A stretch of 14,709 nucleotides of DNA from a virus. Within the stretch, counting starts at the first letter, position 1; each line of letters opens with the position of its first letter. The notes under the pieces were generated by a model, which did not search any database, was not told the origin of the DNA, and worked only from the letters and a program-made list of their open reading frames with translations. Of the stretch, positions 13,487 to 14,709 are shown piece after piece. Position numbers and translations under genes: made by a program. The stretch lies in the UHGV virus genome UHGV-0109417; one strand, written 5' to 3'.

Positions 13487-13641
13487 AACATTACCGCGAC
13501 GCCATAACCGTAGGAAAAGTGAAGTGCATGTACTCCGTCCTTCATCGTGGCTGGCTAATGCCATCTGGTGAAGTGGTAAGAAACCCGTTAAAGGCTCAGC
13601 GGATGGCTGAAGAGCTGGCCACGAAAAGAGGTGCGCAATGA
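13483..13641 (+). CDS. hypothetical 52-aa protein (below the ORF-track cutoff)
   Basis: [56 protein letters not shown] overlaps with both exo and the methyltransferase. Confidence 0.5.
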   Translation: MKHYRDAITVGKVKCMYSVLHRGWLMPSGEVVRNPLKAQRMAEELATKRGAQ

Positions 13642-14165
13642 CTGATTATGGCGGATCGAAAACTCCAAAAAATGAACGTGACTACTGGCAAACACCGATT
13701 GAAATTTTCAACGCGCTCGACCGCGAGTTTGGCTTCTGGCTGGATGCTGCAGCCTCTGAGAGTAATGCGCTATGCGCTCACTATCTCACTGAGCTGGATG
13801 ACTCGCTGAACAGCGAATGGACGTCATGCGGCGCGATCTGGTGCAACCCACCCTATTCCGATATCGGCCCGTGGGTGGAAAAGGCTGCTGAGCAATCCCG
13901 GGCGCAGTCTCAGGCCGTAGTGATGCTGTTACCTGCTGACATCTCTACTGGCTGGTTTATTTCAGCCATGCAATCAGCTGATGAACTCAGACTCATAACC
14001 GGCGGCCGTGTTCAGTTTGTTCCGGCATCCGTTACAGGAAAGCGCCAGAGCAACCCTAAAGGCTCGCTCCTGTTTATCTGGCGCCCGTACATCACCCCGC
14101 GACACATCATCACGATCGTATCGCTGGCTGAGTTAAAGCGGATCGGGAATCTGGAGGCAGCATGA
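13638..14165 (+). CDS. phage DNA N6-adenine methyltransferase (Dam-like, no partner endonuclease in the window)
   Basis: 175 aa. YWQTPIEIF...FWLDAAAS...IWCNPPYS (NPPY catalytic motif), typical of the phage N-6-adenine methyltransferase family. Confidence 0.9.
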   Translation: MTDYGGSKTPKNERDYWQTPIEIFNALDREFGFWLDAAASESNALCAHYLTELDDSLNSEWTSCGAIWCNPPYSDIGPWVEKAAEQSRAQSQAVVMLLPADISTGWFISAMQSADELRLITGGRVQFVPASVTGKRQSNPKGSLLFIWRPYITPRHIITIVSLAELKRIGNLEAA

Positions 14166-14380
14166 CGCCAGAAATAGAAAACGTTATGCGCAATCAGGGG
14201 CGCCAATGCGTTGATGAAATCCGCCGCGCCCTGAAGGCCAAGCCAAAACCGAAATGGAATGAGGTGGTGCCACCGATCCTCAAAAAGCACCACGAAAAAA
14301 TTAAGCCAATGGGCATCAGCCTTACGGCATTCGTCAGCAGCATTGGCCGCATGAATGGGCGGTATGGAGTGGAATCATGA
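14162..14380 (+). CDS. hypothetical 72-aa basic protein
   Basis: ORF coupled by ATGA to the methyltransferase and by ATGA to the next ORF. Confidence 0.6.
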   Translation: MTPEIENVMRNQGRQCVDEIRRALKAKPKPKWNEVVPPILKKHHEKIKPMGISLTAFVSSIGRMNGRYGVES

Positions 14381-14709
14381 AGGTAGAAAAAAGCGATGTT
14401 CTGGCATTTACCATTTCCGATGTTGAACGCCTCGACCCTGTCAGGGTGGTGATTGAAAACTACGAGCCAGGAAAGGGGCGCATCACTGTAACCTGCTTCG
14501 GAAAGGCGTGGACCGGTGCCTGGTTTGCTATGGGCGGAGACAACGTTCAGGAGTTCATTAAGCGTGTCAGCAATGGCTACCTTATCGGCTATTTCGACCC
14601 GCAACTGCAAAGCACAGTTGATGATGATAACGACGCCAACCTTGAATTTGTAAAGGGTGAAATCATCAAACTCCGGCGTCAGCAGGAAATCGATGCTGAG
14701 GAGGCCAGG
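14376..14709 (+). CDS. hypothetical protein, 5' part (runs off the window end)
   Basis: Hand translation gives MKVEKSDVLAFTISDVERLDPVRVVIENYEPGKGRITVTCFGKAWTGAWFAMGGDNVQEFIKRV..., open to nt 14709. Not in the ORF track because it has no stop. Confidence 0.6.

Noticed and set aside
12782-13564. 260-aa minus-strand ORF, plus 12979-13326, 13357-13545 and 12404-12775.
   Set aside because: They are antisense to exo and bet, which are near-identical or clearly homologous to the lambda proteins. They lack RBSs and have odd composition.
14012-14610. Minus-strand ORFs of 93 aa and 138 aa.
   Set aside because: They are antisense to a chain of translationally coupled plus-strand ORFs (ATGA overlaps). 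They have no start context.

Overview
This window is the early and regulatory half of a lambdoid prophage, a lambda/DLP12-type mosaic from an enterobacterial host. All homology calls come from reading the translations and from memory; no searches were run.

Layout:
- Left edge (1-54): the last 54 nt of an IS1 copy, inserted into a low-GC blc-like lipocalin gene. That gene is convergent with the phage Q gene.
- Rightward (PR-type) operon, on the minus strand: cro-like, cII-like, O (with five ori iterons), P, a 3'-truncated ren, a ~1.6 kb foreign cassette, then ylcH-ybcN(ninB)-ninE-ybcO-rusA-ylcG-Q. A strong minus-strand terminator follows Q.
- Foreign cassette contents: a signal-peptide protein, a ~0.6 kb ORF-free segment and a 66-aa ORF.
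- Immunity region (6.3-8.5 kb): an S24-type CI repressor flanked by 15-bp dyad operators, TTAAC(C/T)-N3-(A/G)GTTAA, at both OR and OL. An unrecognised 288-aa gene sits in the rexAB position and a convergent 72-aa gene lies next to OL.
- Leftward (PL-type) operon, on the plus strand: small ORFs, a DUF1351-like E/R/A-rich protein, gam-bet-exo, a Dam-type methyltransferase and further small ORFs, mostly translationally coupled by ATGA overlaps.

The most unusual part is 8.5-9.65 kb:
- I can find no N gene.
- An rrn-type boxA lies about 60 nt downstream of PL.
- Two fully antisense ORFs overlap each other.
- A stem-closed, hairpin-rich spacer contains a 37-nt block that I recognise as 16S rRNA sequence, with collinear weaker 16S-like flanks.

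I do not recognise any named defence system, CRISPR array, tRNA or intact rRNA gene in the window.
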